From Tubulanus polymorphus (Eukaryota > Animalia > Nemertea), in assembly GCF_964204645.1 (NCBI RefSeq), contig NC_134028.1:24548345-24612344 (forward strand): DNA of 64,000 nt, given 5' to 3'. A model generated the notes under the pieces. That model saw only the letters and a program-made list of their open reading frames with translations, had not been told where the DNA came from and searched no databases. Shown here one piece after another: positions 45,960 through 61,158 of this stretch (its first letter is position 1; every line of letters starts with the position of its first letter). Position numbers and translations under genes: made by a program.

Positions 45960-48900
45960 CACTATCGGCGAAAACTAAATCCTCATCACCCGGAACTGAT
46001 TTATCCTTATTCTGTTCATCATTTACATTATCGTCATTTTCATCATCGGATTCATCATCGCTTTCATCATTTCCATCGTCAAAAACAACTTTCCTCCTTT
46101 TTCGTGCTGTCGGTTCATCAGAAGCATCCCTGATGACAAGAGTTAAATTTCAAAAATTCAATCAAACCTGCTTAATTTCAATCAGTTTTGATTTAATCCA
46201 GTCAAGATTTTCAAAAGTATGATGTTACGCACTATGTTATCTAGTTTAACCCGAGCAATTCCCGAGAAAATAACTTTTATCTCGGCTCAAAACAATCAAA
46301 TTAAAAGGTTTGAATTCACAAACATCAGTCAAGTAAACATACTCATCGAACTCCTCGGGTAACATTGGTGCTGCATTGTTGAATAGTGAAACCTGACTGG
46401 TCGCCATTTTCTGGTCGAGAGTTTGTTTTGTGTCGATCAACGATGAAACGAGTTCATTAGTAACCGGCGTCTGAAATAACACGAACAATCAAACTCACTG
46501 AATATCTTGAAGGCTGCTACCACAAATCCCTCAATGACATCATCAGAGTAACATGAAAATAATCAAATTATGTCGTGTCAAATCATGCCATTTTTAGTAA
46601 TGGTCTACAGTATATGCTTCGTAGAAACACTGATGTCATAGGGGGATTTATAGACAGCCATTTTGTCTCGAAGGATGAATATACACTATATCGTCCGAGA
46701 TGAACACTGATGTCATAAGAGGAAATTTTACCCGACTCTCGTCCCCGGCAGCGTCGTGAGAATGACTTCCTTTCAGATCGATATAAACGGCGTCTTTATC
46801 GTAAACGATTCCGCCGACGCCGGATAGCGGCGCGTAGATTAAACGCTCTCTCTGATTCAACGATCGTTTCTTGATCGTCTCGGGAAGCGGACACGGGTCT
46901 GGCAGAAAACTGACGTCTTTCACGTAGAAATCACCGCATCCTGGAAAATAAATTCCGCAGTTCATCGGTTTTCTGTTTAGTTCAGCTAAACTTCAACGAT
47001 CGACTATCGAGCGTTCTTACCGGGAATGTGAACGTTGCTGTTGTTTTTGAAGAATGTCCCGCGCAGGTATCCGTACAAACAAACCGTACGATCGCATTTA
47101 CTATTTTGACGTATCGTCTCGGGTTTAGTTACATCTTCCATTCTGCGAAAAGATCATCAAACAAAAGTAGCATCGTAGAAAGGTTATATAGGACACCCTG
47201 TTGGGGGTAATTAGGGGTAAAATTTTTCCTGATTCAGAAGGGGTCAATATTTTACACACCTGTCAGCTAGGATGTAAGGATGAGCCGTTCTCCAGGTCAG
47301 TGGTGGAAATTTCATCACTGATATAAATCGGCCTAAATTATGTATCTCGGTTTTTTGATACTCGCCATTGACCATACCAGACAAATAGAACAACTTAGCA
47401 CCCTGAAAAACAACGAACGGCAGTCATAACTGAACTGATGGTGCAGCCTGTCAACCTGCTGTCCATACCCTGCACCCCCTCAAAATCTGCTGTCTGTAAC
47501 CCTACTGATAATCTGCTGTCAGTACTCTGCATCCATCAGACAATCTGCCGGACAATCGCCATCTTAACCAAAACTTTTTTTACCTGACCCCACAGACAGA
47601 CATTTTATCACCATGTATGGAAAATCAGCTTGTGTGATGGAGTAGGTTAGAGATATCACAGTTGACCTAACACATACTTGATATATTTCAGTCCAGAATC
47701 TATGTTTGAGTTTCTTCTTTGTTTTGCGTAGTTGTTTACTGTCGCGGAAGTGATCTAGATGCGTCAACACGCCCATTATTTTAGGAAATCCATGCACCTG
47801 ACAGATGTTGAGAAACTCGAAAATTTCCATTTCAAATCCGAAACTGGCATCGACCAATAATAAAACCTGAAATAAATGATAGAATGAATTCCAGCTCTTA
47901 AGGCATTATCAGCAGGATTGAGGTCACTCATTGCCCTGAACCCACTGAGTGCAGCTAACAGCATTATTAGCAAATTTGAGGTTTCTTATTGCCCTCAACT
48001 CATCGAGTGAAATCAAGGGCCTAGTTGCATAGTCAAAGCTTTGATCTAAGACCAGTCTCAGCTCAATGCGGTTTCATAGCCAATCTAAAAATTTAAGACC
48101 CGGACCCGTCGAAAGTCATTTCGGTTTTATAGCAAATCTACCAACTGAAGACCATTCTTGGGCTTAAATAACTACTGTAAAACTGAGCCTAAGGAAATAA
48201 AATTTGGCCAAACTTTCTATTATGCCCGATGCAGACGTCAGATAAACTTACCAAATCTGCTATCTTAGCCACATCGATCATGCAGTTAATATCATTGTTG
48301 CATTCGATGAAAGTGATTCTTTTCTTTTTCCCCGATACAATCGTAACTGGGCCTTCGATATTCGTTAACTTCTGTTTGGTAAAGTTCTTTATCAGACAAG
48401 TCATCAGCGTACTTTTGCCGACTTTAGGCGGTCCGACGATCGCAACGACGACTGGAGGTGGTTCTACGGGCGTCCGATCAACCTCCGGTAAATGATGCTT
48501 CTTCGCTTGGATATCTAATGTTCTAAAAATTAACAATATAATTATCATAATCGTTTAATCAAGCCTCAGTTCCTAAGTCCTGAAGTCATCATTGACTCCT
48601 TAAGTTCTTAAAGCATTTTAACTTCAACCTACAATCTGGATCTAGTTTTGGATCCAATTCCAGAATTGTTAGTCGAGTTTGGGGCTAGAATTAAAATTGA
48701 TACATTTCCATCTATTTTGTCAACAAGTTCTAACCGAGAGGGAATGTGGTTCATGGATTCTGTTCAGAAAGAAGCAACCACTGAACAGAAAACCTGACTC
48801 ATGAACCTTTTCGTTAAGCACGTTAGGCAAAAAATGGTCGAAATAAAAAACGAAGTGGCTACTCGTACGGACGCGTACGAATAATTCCGTAGGCTATTCG

Positions 48901-49452
48901 TACGGATTACTCTGGAATGTTCGTATGGGAAGGGATAGGGTTAGGGTAAGGTGAGGCTATATGTAGTTAAAACATTCGGCCGACTGTCAGCGAGCTTGGT
49001 GGTCTAGTGGTATGATGCTGCGCTAGTAATTTACTGGCCTGGGTTCGAGTCTCGCTCGATCCACTCTATTTTTCTCTAACTCTATTCTCCACACTTTCCT
49101 TGAATTTTCTAAGTCGCGCACCTCTGTACACATGCGCGGTGTTAATCAGCCACTCAGCGACAGTTATTAGCGTACAGATCCTAGTTCCGTACGAATAGCC
49201 TCCAGAGTAATCCGTACGGGTCCGTACGAGTCACCACACCGAATAAAAAAACTAAGATCAAGATCATTATTTCTTGAGTTACCTTCTAACAGATCGAGCA
49301 ACTTTGTTGATAGATTGAAAAGCGAATGCTTTCGGATTGCGCTGCCTCGCTGTTAATTCCTGTTCATGGTCGCTCTTAGCTTTCTTCTTATTCGCCTTCC
49401 TGCCGGCGTTTCTTTGCCGATGACCTTTCTGTTTTTGGTCGCTTTCTTCCAT
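35649..49452 (-). CDS. BMS1: Ribosome biogenesis GTPase BMS1, complete, 20 coding exons, ~1201 aa
   Basis: Exons 49283-49452, 48252-48522, 47678-47866, 47260-47402, 47021-47142, 46732-46940, 46343-46470, 45636-46129, 45063-45164, 44773-44933, 44606-44687, 43856-43984, 41068-41228, 40332-40701, 39136-39194, 38688-38810, 38443-38590, 37998-38173, 37490-37648, 35649-35858; all GT-AG, total 3606 nt (in frame). Motifs [109 protein letters not shown]. Confidence 0.98.
35985..37450. repeat. 60-bp tandem repeat, ~24 near-identical copies, in the last BMS1 intron
   Basis: Unit CAACTCAGATATCACTCTCAAGTCAAATGATCTGACTTGAGCGGAGTCTACTGTATCATC; successive 60-nt lines are identical. Confidence 0.98.
41697..42272. 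mobile_element. ~575-bp element with 26-bp inverted ends, just upstream of the nested LC8 gene
   Basis: TATTCACTAGACGGATATTTTCGCTA (41697-41722) versus TAGCGAAAATACCCGTCTAGCGAATA (42247-42272), two mismatches. Confidence 0.6.
42805..42818. promoter_or_regulatory. X-box (RFX-type) motif in the LC8 5' intron
   Basis: GTTACCATAGCGAC fits the palindromic X-box GTYNCYATRGYRAC; two further TGGCAAC half-sites at ~42289-42311. Confidence 0.45.
42996..43280 (+). CDS. DYNLL: Dynein light chain LC8 (DYNLL1/2 family), single coding exon, nested antisense in BMS1 intron 12
   Basis: 94 aa with [23 protein letters not shown]...NIEKDIAA...[47 protein letters not shown]. Acceptor TTTCAG| at 42991 just before CAAAATG, candidate 5' UTR donors at 42441 and 42498, AATAAA near 43518. 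Confidence 0.98.
   Translation: MTTPGGGERKAVIKNADMPEEMQQDAVDCATQAIDKFNIEKDIAAFVKKEFDKKYNPTWHCIVGRNFGSYVTHETKHFIYFYLGQVAVLLFKSG
48855..49237. mobile_element. Composite non-autonomous element: nested inverted repeats enclosing a tRNA-like SINE head
   Basis: Inverted pairs ACTCGTACGGAC/GTCCGTACGAGT, AGGCTATTCGTACGGA/TCCGTACGAATAGCCT, CGTACGGATTACTCTGGA/TCCAGAGTAATCCGTACG; internal GGGTTAGGG; A-box TGGTCTAGTGG and B-box GGTTCGAGTC within 48990-49062. Confidence 0.6.
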
Positions 49453-49779
49453 TTTTGTTTTTGTGGCCAATATAACAAATTACAATTAGCATAAATCTGC
49501 AAAAGAACATAGATGAGACTAAGGTAATTGAATAAATTCAGTGATTGGTTAGCAGATGATACCCCTTACTGAATCTAGGATCGTATGGTAATAAATTTTG
49601 AATTGAATTGAAAATTTCTTTTCGTTATTTAGGCCTTGACAGGTGGTATTGAGTTGATTGGTTGTAATTAGACAATTCAAAACATACCGAGATTAGAAGG
49701 CAAACATAGCCGACAATCCGGTATAGTATTATTTTCGATAGAAATCACGAAAATAGCAGAAAAACAATCAGAGAGCGGC

Positions 49780-50240
49780 TCCACATGTGCTATAATAAAT
49801 TTAATTGAAATTTGACACACCGTCAGCTAGCGCCATCTATGTTTTGTATTTGTTCGGATTCGGAACCGGACTTGGTTTTTTCACAGCTTTCAAAATGTTC
49901 CTTTACGCTGAAATAGACCAATAACATCTTTACCGTCGAAATCGTACAACCTCCTAGATATTTCAATGAGCGTATTTCGCATGAAATTGGTTCTAATTTT
50001 TGGACTGAATGAAATTGTTTATCAGAAGACTGATGGGAGTTCATATCGTGAAAATAAAGTCATTCCATCGAAAAATATATTTTACAGTTATTCAATGAAA
50101 TGTGAAAATAAAATCACATTCTATCACACGGAGATCCAGTATTTTATTACAATTTTAATCACTTTATCAGCGAAAATCATTAGCGGATTAATACAATAAC
50201 TTTGAGAGATGAGAGTAAAATCCAAGATGGCGTCCTGATG
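49780..50240. promoter_or_regulatory. Putative bidirectional promoter region BMS1 / GRB2-like
   Basis: Start codons diverge 1.1 kb apart (49452 -, 50549 +); probable BMS1 5' UTR exon with donor at 49688 and acceptor at 49497; YY1-like CAAGATGGCG at ~50223. Confidence 0.5.
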
Positions 50241-50548
50241 CGACGAGAGTAGTTCCCAAAGGCAGGCGAATTTCTCGACAAATTTACCGTCATAATCGAG
50301 TAATGTCCGTCTAGACGGCGACCATCAGTCGATTGTAAAAAAATTCACGATTCATTTCACGTTCTAGATCGGTATCGGACCGCTAAATCGAGTTAGAAAC
50401 CGCCTATCTCGACTTTAAGATTTTTACTTCCGCGTTCGTTCGCGTACATTCGGCCCGTCACGGAGGAATTTTTTTAGATATTTTTTTCGCAGTTAATTCG
50501 TGTCTGTGAAATCGTTGATATCCGGCAGTTAATCGATAAGCCAGCATC

Positions 50549-53746
<3,198 letters not shown>

Positions 53747-53864
53747 ATATAGAAATAATGAATGAAACGACAACAGATCGAAACAAACAAATGAATGAAA
53801 AACTGTCTCCTCTTTACAAATATGATTATATCCTGATTATACATTTAATGCGCATATAGGTCAT

Positions 53865-54160
53865 CAGTGTTCTCCACATGCTGGTATTTTTAGAGGCTCT
53901 GCTGATCAATCTCTGAGTTAATATAACGCTTAACTCGCGGTTGGTCGCTCGAGGTTTGCACCAAAAGTATCAAAATAGTCCGTTCCGCTGCCCGGCGCGT
54001 TAACTCCTCGCTACTTCTTAAGGAAATCGGGTACGGGAACACCAGCTATTTCGTCAGGTGGCGCCACTACTAAAGTTCTCAGATGTACTCGATTCCAAAA
54101 ACAGACCGATTTTGAGAGCGGTTGATGAAAGCCCCTTTAAATCCCTTGTGGAGAACACCG
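53865..54160. mobile_element. hAT-like MITE downstream of the GRB2-like stop codon
   Basis: Termini CAGTGTTCTCCACA / TGTGGAGAACACCG. Confidence 0.55.
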
Positions 54161-54308
54161 AATAACAAACGAGAATGAAGGCTTGTGAAATTGTGTTTAC
54201 GCACCACACTATATATGTCAGATATATGATATGATATGATATGATATGTAGTTCCTTCCTGTTTATTTTATCGCTGCGAGTTCATGTCTCAAGTTCGATA
54301 AAATTACC

Positions 54309-54344
<36 letters not shown>

Positions 54345-57338
54345 CATCATTTTGATTTATAAGTTTTTTTTAAGCTTCTACTGTACATATTTGCATTTCA
54401 GATATCAGACCTCACACTCGTGTATTCAATATTTTGAATACGTTTTCAGTTATTATTTTTTGCCTGAAATTGCTGAAGCGCTGTGAATTTACGAGGACTG
54501 ATCGTAATTCGGTTAAAATGTTATTTGTGATTTAGCTTCTTTTTTTTTTGTAAGCTCGATGCGGTTACCAATCGACAGCCCTGAACCCTGTCGACATATT
54601 TAGCATTCTAGCATAAAACCCGGATTCTCTTGTTTTCGAAAATGTGCTGATAAAATGTCCTATGTGTGGTGTTCGTAGTTCATATTCGATTAGAAATGTC
54701 TCAGGTGAAGTCCCGAACACGTGCGAAGTGTGGACGATCAGCAATTGGAAGAATTGTGATATTATCGAAGGTCTGACGGGCGAGCAGGTCCTGGTGGCTG
54801 TAGATTGATATCTGCATCCATGAGAAAAGATGTGTTAATTCGTGCGCTTGAATAACATTTAACTTGCTACCAAAATAACGGCACATACTACTACTATTAT
54901 TATTATTTTTATTATTATTATTATTATTAATAATTACCAGATGTTACCAGAGTTGTTAGAGTCAGTTCAATAAGATTTTAATCAGTCAAGTGCATGAACG
55001 ATGTTTCAGGAACACGGTCAGAAATGAACTGTACAGTAAAGTGTTCGGCTTTCATGATAGTAACGGTCGTTATAAGGATTGGTAATTGTTTTTTTTTTTT
55101 GTATTTAATGATGATGAAGTTTTGAATGTATAGAAATAATGGAATGAGAATGAGAATGGAATGAGAGAATTTTGTAGATATGTGTACGAAGCCCCATCGT
55201 TTAAGGATCGTAGTAACATTTCCCTCTCCCCAGCTATTATCATCCTAGTTGTATCAAAACCATTGGCGATTGCAGTTTTACAAGTTTTAACTGCCGTTTT
55301 TGTAGTGTGAAATGTGATGATGAATGACAGGGTTCGTATGGGTTTCAGAAAGTTTCAGAAAATAGGAATCTTTTTTACCAGGCCCCGCAAAAGCTGTGGG
55401 AATTTTGTTGTCATTCTTTTTCTATAGCTATGGAAAATTGTAAAATGCACTCAAAATGTAAATTTCCTTCTATTTTGAATTTTAGGCTGTATGCCTAAAT
55501 GTCTTATTACACATTTGATAACGAACTTCATGAAAACATCGGCGATGTGTAAATAAGGGGTATGGTATATTTATAATCTGGGTATGGAAAATGAAATGGG
55601 GAAACTCGTAAGAACCCTGAAGTCAGGTGATGACCGTGGATGCTTCCTAATGATTTCGTCGAGTAAGAAAGCCTGAGAATTGATGTTTGAAATTTGATAT
55701 TTTTTTTAGCTGTATCGAGAGAATTTCTGTCTATAATGTCTGACACTTGACGTCTCTCGTGTGTCACGGTATTAATCTCTGCCAGTCTAAAATTATGCGT
55801 TTCCTGTGTTTTTCCTTCTTATCTCTTGAACCCGCCCAAAGGTTCCACGGTTGTTACCAAGTAAGGATCCTAACTCAGTGGCCGTAAAGTCGCTGGGCCA
55901 AGTTGCATTGCTTTTGACTTAAATCCAATGATGGTCTTACCAAAGTTGGTTGTAGAACCAAACTGAACCTAGACTAGTCTTAAGCAAGATTGGCTATTGA
56001 ACGGAGATAAGCTTAGAAATTACCGGTAAGCTTCAACAGTTGTTAGTTTGGTTATAAAATCACCTAAGACAGGTCTTGTTAGATTGATTGCGATAGAAAT
56101 TAGACTTATAAGACCGAGTGTCCTTAATTCTAAGCTATGACCTCTTAACAACTGGCCCTTAAATCTAGAATTTAAAAATGTAAATTTAATCTAACCTTTG
56201 ACAACTAAGGAACCAAGTCCTACATTCATAAGACGGGTTGATTATTTTCCGAGTTATTTCTCCGTTTTGTCTTATTCCGCCCGAAACCTTCCGGGTCAAT
56301 AGCAAGGCCGTCAGAACTGCCTTAGAAATAATGATAATCAAAATCGAATTTCCGCAAAAAAAGTGTTCAAGGCCACAATTTATTATTCAATTTCGCCTTC
56401 CCGGTTTCGCTCAAGGATTGAGCCCGTTTATCATTGTAGTTAAAAGACTATTACTTATACCTTCGAAGTCACATAGAGCTTGATTTGTTTAGTTCGCACT
56501 TTGAATCGATGTAGCTTTTAGTTTTTGAACTAAAATATACCGACGTGCATATGCCCTTTGACGAAATCTACGTATAGGTGCAGCACCAAAAATAATTTCT
56601 CTCAAAAATCTTATGCTTATATTTCTCATATTTTGTATCGTATTTTGTAAAAGGCCTGTGCCGCTCTTGTTTTCCACATAGCATTTTTTCTAATCAAGTT
56701 TGAGCCGAGATCAACTGCTCCATTTTGGTGCGGGATAATAGATTAATATGTATAGCTTAGAACTGGTAATACATTTCAGCTATTTTCTAGCCATCCAAAA
56801 ACCTTAAGTGTCTCTCACAATGTCTCGTATAGAGTTCAGTAAAGAACGCGCTGAAACTAGTAACTCAGGCATATATTTACAGTAGGGATGAACCGTTGAC
56901 CAGTGTCGCTTCAAATCCAAATGAATGTATATTATTATTATTGTCTAAACCGCGGTATCACAGGGTCTCTACGACTCCTTGATTTATGAAAAACTCCTAA
57001 ACTGAAATTGCTTTTAAAGGTCCTAACTTTAATTTGATCAAATCGTCTGAAACTCCTTCAATTTTTTGAAATGGTTTTCTTAGAAATGTTTGTAGTTGTA
57101 CAGTAGACTACCGCGGGTATGCCTAAATCGGTACAGTTTGTACCAGGATTTTTTCATTAACCTATTAGGCGGTTACCGAATTAGAAACCGAGTTGTGTAG
57201 TATGAAGGATAAGAATTTGCTTACAAAACCACTGAATTACCGGTTTACCGAGATAAACTACTGATTTAGAGTCTACTGTAATTGGGATTGAAAGTGATGC
57301 AGACACTTCTTCGAAATTTTCTCCTTTAAAACTCCTTT

Positions 57339-57472
57339 TATCCAGGAATGACCAATCTGTAGGGATCCTGTATATCCAGGAATGACCAATCAGTAGGGAT
57401 CCTGTATATCCAGGAATGACCAATCTGTAGGGACCCTGTATATCCAGGAATGACCAATCTGTAGGGACCCTG
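57339..57472. repeat. ~33-34 bp tandem repeat, 4 copies
   Basis: Unit TATCCAGGAATGACCAATCTGTAGGGATCCTGTA. Confidence 0.9.
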
Positions 57473-58177
57473 CGTAAACTAATACAGTCAACCTTCAATT
57501 ATTCGCCAACTCACTTTTCCAACTTAGTTTTGAAAAATTTTCTTCATCAATTGAAATGATGTTCAACTATCTGGCACCCTCGAGTATCCACCCAACATGA
57601 CATTGGTGGATAACAGTTGTGGATGATAATCGATCCTGTATCATGACATCGCACCAGTCAGGGGTGAACTTAATGATTGTTCGAGGGGTGACTCGCCTCA
57701 CATCGTTTTAATAGCATTTTAGTAACGAGTGAATGATTTATACGTGAACTTATTAAGGTCGGGCGAAATTCGACTCAAGTCCAGTCCTAGCGGAATCATC
57801 TCCGCGTGATCACAGGTTTGAGTCCAGAGATAGTCACCCGACTGCATGTTCGACTCTAGTACGAGGTACTCAACGTAGATCGAACTTTGATTATTAGTTG
57901 CATCCACGGCTTGCGTCGTGACTGAAAAAATGCAAGTTCACCGCAACTGATGATGAATTTCTACTGTTTACGCCGGGTCTTCTGCGTGCATATGCTTGTG
58001 CTCGTTTTACAACTACTAACAGAGATGAAATATCGATATTGATATTGATATTACGATTATTATTATTATTATTACTATGGATAGATAATTGGTTGGTATT
58101 ATATCGACCTGTGTGTAATTCCATGAATACAACACTGCTTAGGACCGATATCATATATATGTATATATCTATAAATA

Positions 58178-58214
<37 letters not shown>

Positions 58215-59819
58215 GAAAAGAGATATTAATGTATCCTAGATATGATGTAAATATGAAATGGAAATGTCTTTGGAGGGGGGGGTTGTGGGATGAATTGACG
58301 ATGAAACAGAGTGAGTGGTTCCACGTTATTACGATGTAAGTTCGTTTTTGAAGATGAAAGCCACGTATGTGTAATCGGGTCCCGGTGTCCTCCTGATCGC
58401 TGATTATCGTGACTAGCCTTCACTCCTGCCCCCCCCCCCTCTTGCCGAATGGAATATATATTTTTATGGTATAGATTTGAGTCGAATGAATTGCGATGGG
58501 TCTGTTGTTGTTGTATATTGTCGAATCATGACTCCCCTAACGCTCACTTGAAGAAACTGTTATGTAGAATTTTTAAAGTCATTATTCGGATTGCGTTATG
58601 TTTTTCTGTCCTATTTGGTTTTCGATACGCGTCGTGCTGCTCGACGATGGTTGGTTTATCGGGTCGCAACTGATTTTAGATCGTGATCGCCAAAGCCACG
58701 AGTTGGAAGTTCGGTTTGCCAAGGGGCACGGCGTCTGATGTTGACCCCTAGCGTGTGTGATTAGATACAACAGTTTGATAATCAGGGAACTTGTTGAAAG
58801 TCTTTTCAAAGAAATCTTTATAATATTTACCAATCAGAGTTAGAAAGGGTTCTTCTGTGTGTGTGTGTAATCTTACTGATGAGGTGAAGAATTGTAATTC
58901 TGTAACCAGCTTCATAATTGTCGGTTAGTTAACATTGACGAACATGATTTCGACCTCAGAGTGAAATCTTCCAAACCCACCACATCAGTCCTGCCAGAAA
59001 CAAAGCAGATGGCTTCAAATCTTAACTGACAATCAAGCTGGATTCAGAACTGTTTGTGGATATTTATAGATTGTGTTACCGCATTGGGTTTTTTTTTTAT
59101 GAATGAGGAAAACTACATTGAATTTGTATCACATCCTGATGAACCCATATATTATCGTAATTATGTTTATCCGCTGTTAGACTGAACCAAGTTCCACTCG
59201 TTTGTTTTTTTTCAGTGTAATTCGATTACCGGTAATCGACAATTGAACTGACTACCTTCGAAACAGGATCCGGGTTCCATAGTAAGATTTAAATCTTTGA
59301 TGTTGGATAAAATGAATCCATCGCTTTTGAGTTAGATCTAATGGTGAAAAGTAGAACTGGATCGAGTTTCGTGAAACAGTTTTAAAGATTTCAACGGTTA
59401 AGTTTGAATTGTTCTTATTGAAAGCATGAAGTAACCAATATTAAACCAACTTTATCGTGAAACAGGACCTGCAGTCCAGCAGGGCTCGGATTGTACACCA
59501 GTTTTAACTATCACCTAAGGCCCAGTTGTGACTGTCAATTGTTCCTATGTTCTTTTCATGAATTCAATTCGATTTCCACCCCATGTAGAGATGGTATCTT
59601 ATAATACAGGCCTAGCTGCGCAGTCCTGACTCGAGTCCAAAAGTGATCTTGAGTCTTAAGACTGGTCTAAAGTTGTTAACTGAGCAACTTGATGCGAGGG
59701 TTGACTAAATTGACTATGAATCAGGGTGGTCAGATGTTAGTTGAGACTGGTCTATAAATCTTTTCTGTATCGTAATTTTGATGTAATATTCTGTTTAAAA
59801 ATGAGTAAAATCAGTTAAA

Positions 59820-60344
59820 ATGATGGCGAGTAATGAACCCAGCGTGCACGCGGTTGGGTACACTTAACTGTTCATGAATTATCATGGATAACGATAATAT
59901 AAATGTTAATGATAATTGTCTTCACCTAGGAATGTAATCCAGTATCATATTAGTGAATTGAACTGGACTCCTTTGTTCTGAGTAAGAAAGACCCCGAACC
60001 GCAGATTGATTTTGATTCACAACGTGGAACTGGGACGAGTTTGTTTGCGCCGAGCTAAAACACCAAAACATGCCTGCTTCATCCTATCTAGTCTTCTTAT
60101 ACCCGGTCTCATTAGATATAGCTTGCTTTTCAGGTGCCAAGTATTGCGCGAGTTCAAATTAAATCTGATTTTTGATTTACCAGCGGGCCTTAAAGAAAAC
60201 TATCCAGACTTGATGTTTCTCGTGTGGGATTTACTATATAGCGATTTGAAATACTGTGCCATTTGTAAACTGGTCCGTGCCACTATCATTGGATCAAACA
60301 CTGTTGATGAAATATTTAATAATCTGGCCAAAATGAAGATTTGA
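59820..60344 (+). CDS. Possible small two-exon orphan protein (~82 aa)
   Basis: Strong acceptor TTGCTTTTCAG| at 60133 opens a 70-codon frame to TGA; candidate first exon 59820-59857 (AAAATGATGGCG...GG|gtacac) joins in phase, but the donor is weak and no family is recognised. Confidence 0.25.
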
Positions 60345-61158
60345 TTTGCTGCAATGCGAAATATTCTTTTGATTATTTGAGAGAACTGTGTAGGTGCGAT
60401 AGAACCAAACCCTTAGCATATGCGCTAGAACCATTCGGGTGTGAAAGAACCCGATCTGGTGCGATAAAACCCTGTGCAGGTTGTGGTTTCGCCTAACATT
60501 TTATGTACATAATGCATTTAAGATACACACACATATATATACTATACTAACAATGCTATTGCGTAGTTTTAATAGCCAGACATAAAAGTGGAATCATTTA
60601 TTCAGAGAAGAATGTCGACTATTCTGGATTTCTTGAATCGGACAGGGAATACACTTCCATTGCTCCCACTGCTTTAGAAGTGTTTATCGAGACATGCTAA
60701 TTATGATTTTGTACTCTAGAGTTTACCGAAATAACTATTTTGATCCTGTAAAATTAAAATAAATATAACACAAAGTATTTGGAGATGATTGTTTTTAGTA
60801 GTTTTTCTGCAGTATCTCATCTCGTTTTGTTTTTCCGCCAAAAAGCGGACGACAGGGTTTTCCAGGACTGAACTGGGGTGTGGATGCCAGACAATAGAGG
60901 TGTCCAAGGTTCAAATCCAGGTTCGGATGTTGAAACCTGGGTCTTGATATTGAATAGAGGATAACAGGTCACCTCATTTAATACCGATTCATCCTGCAGG
61001 GCTAGGTGTCTTAGGTTCGAACCCAGACATGGATTGGATGCATGTTTGACTGCAGCAATTCTAGTTATCGCAATATTTCTAGCAAACAACCAAAAAAAAA
61101 TAAAGACACCAAATGAATAAATTAACCAGTTAATCATTCATGTTCTTCAGTTTTTTTT

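Noticed and set aside
45780-46222. Poly-His, poly-Ser and poly-Met ORFs
   Set aside because: Alternative frames of the (GAT)n poly-Asp tract in BMS1 exon 8.
48990-49062. Functional tRNA gene
   Set aside because: A and B boxes are present but anticodon and T arms pair poorly and it sits inside a repeat; treated as SINE-like pending tRNAscan-SE.
37649-49282. Intronic snoRNAs in BMS1
   Set aside because: Looked for C/D box pairs at suitable spacing with terminal stems on the minus strand and found none convincing by eye; snoscan or Infernal would be needed.
54705-54808. Possible exon GEVPNTCEVWTISNWKNCDIIEGLTGEQVLVAVD*
   Set aside because: Weak acceptor context, no partner exon in phase and no recognisable homology.
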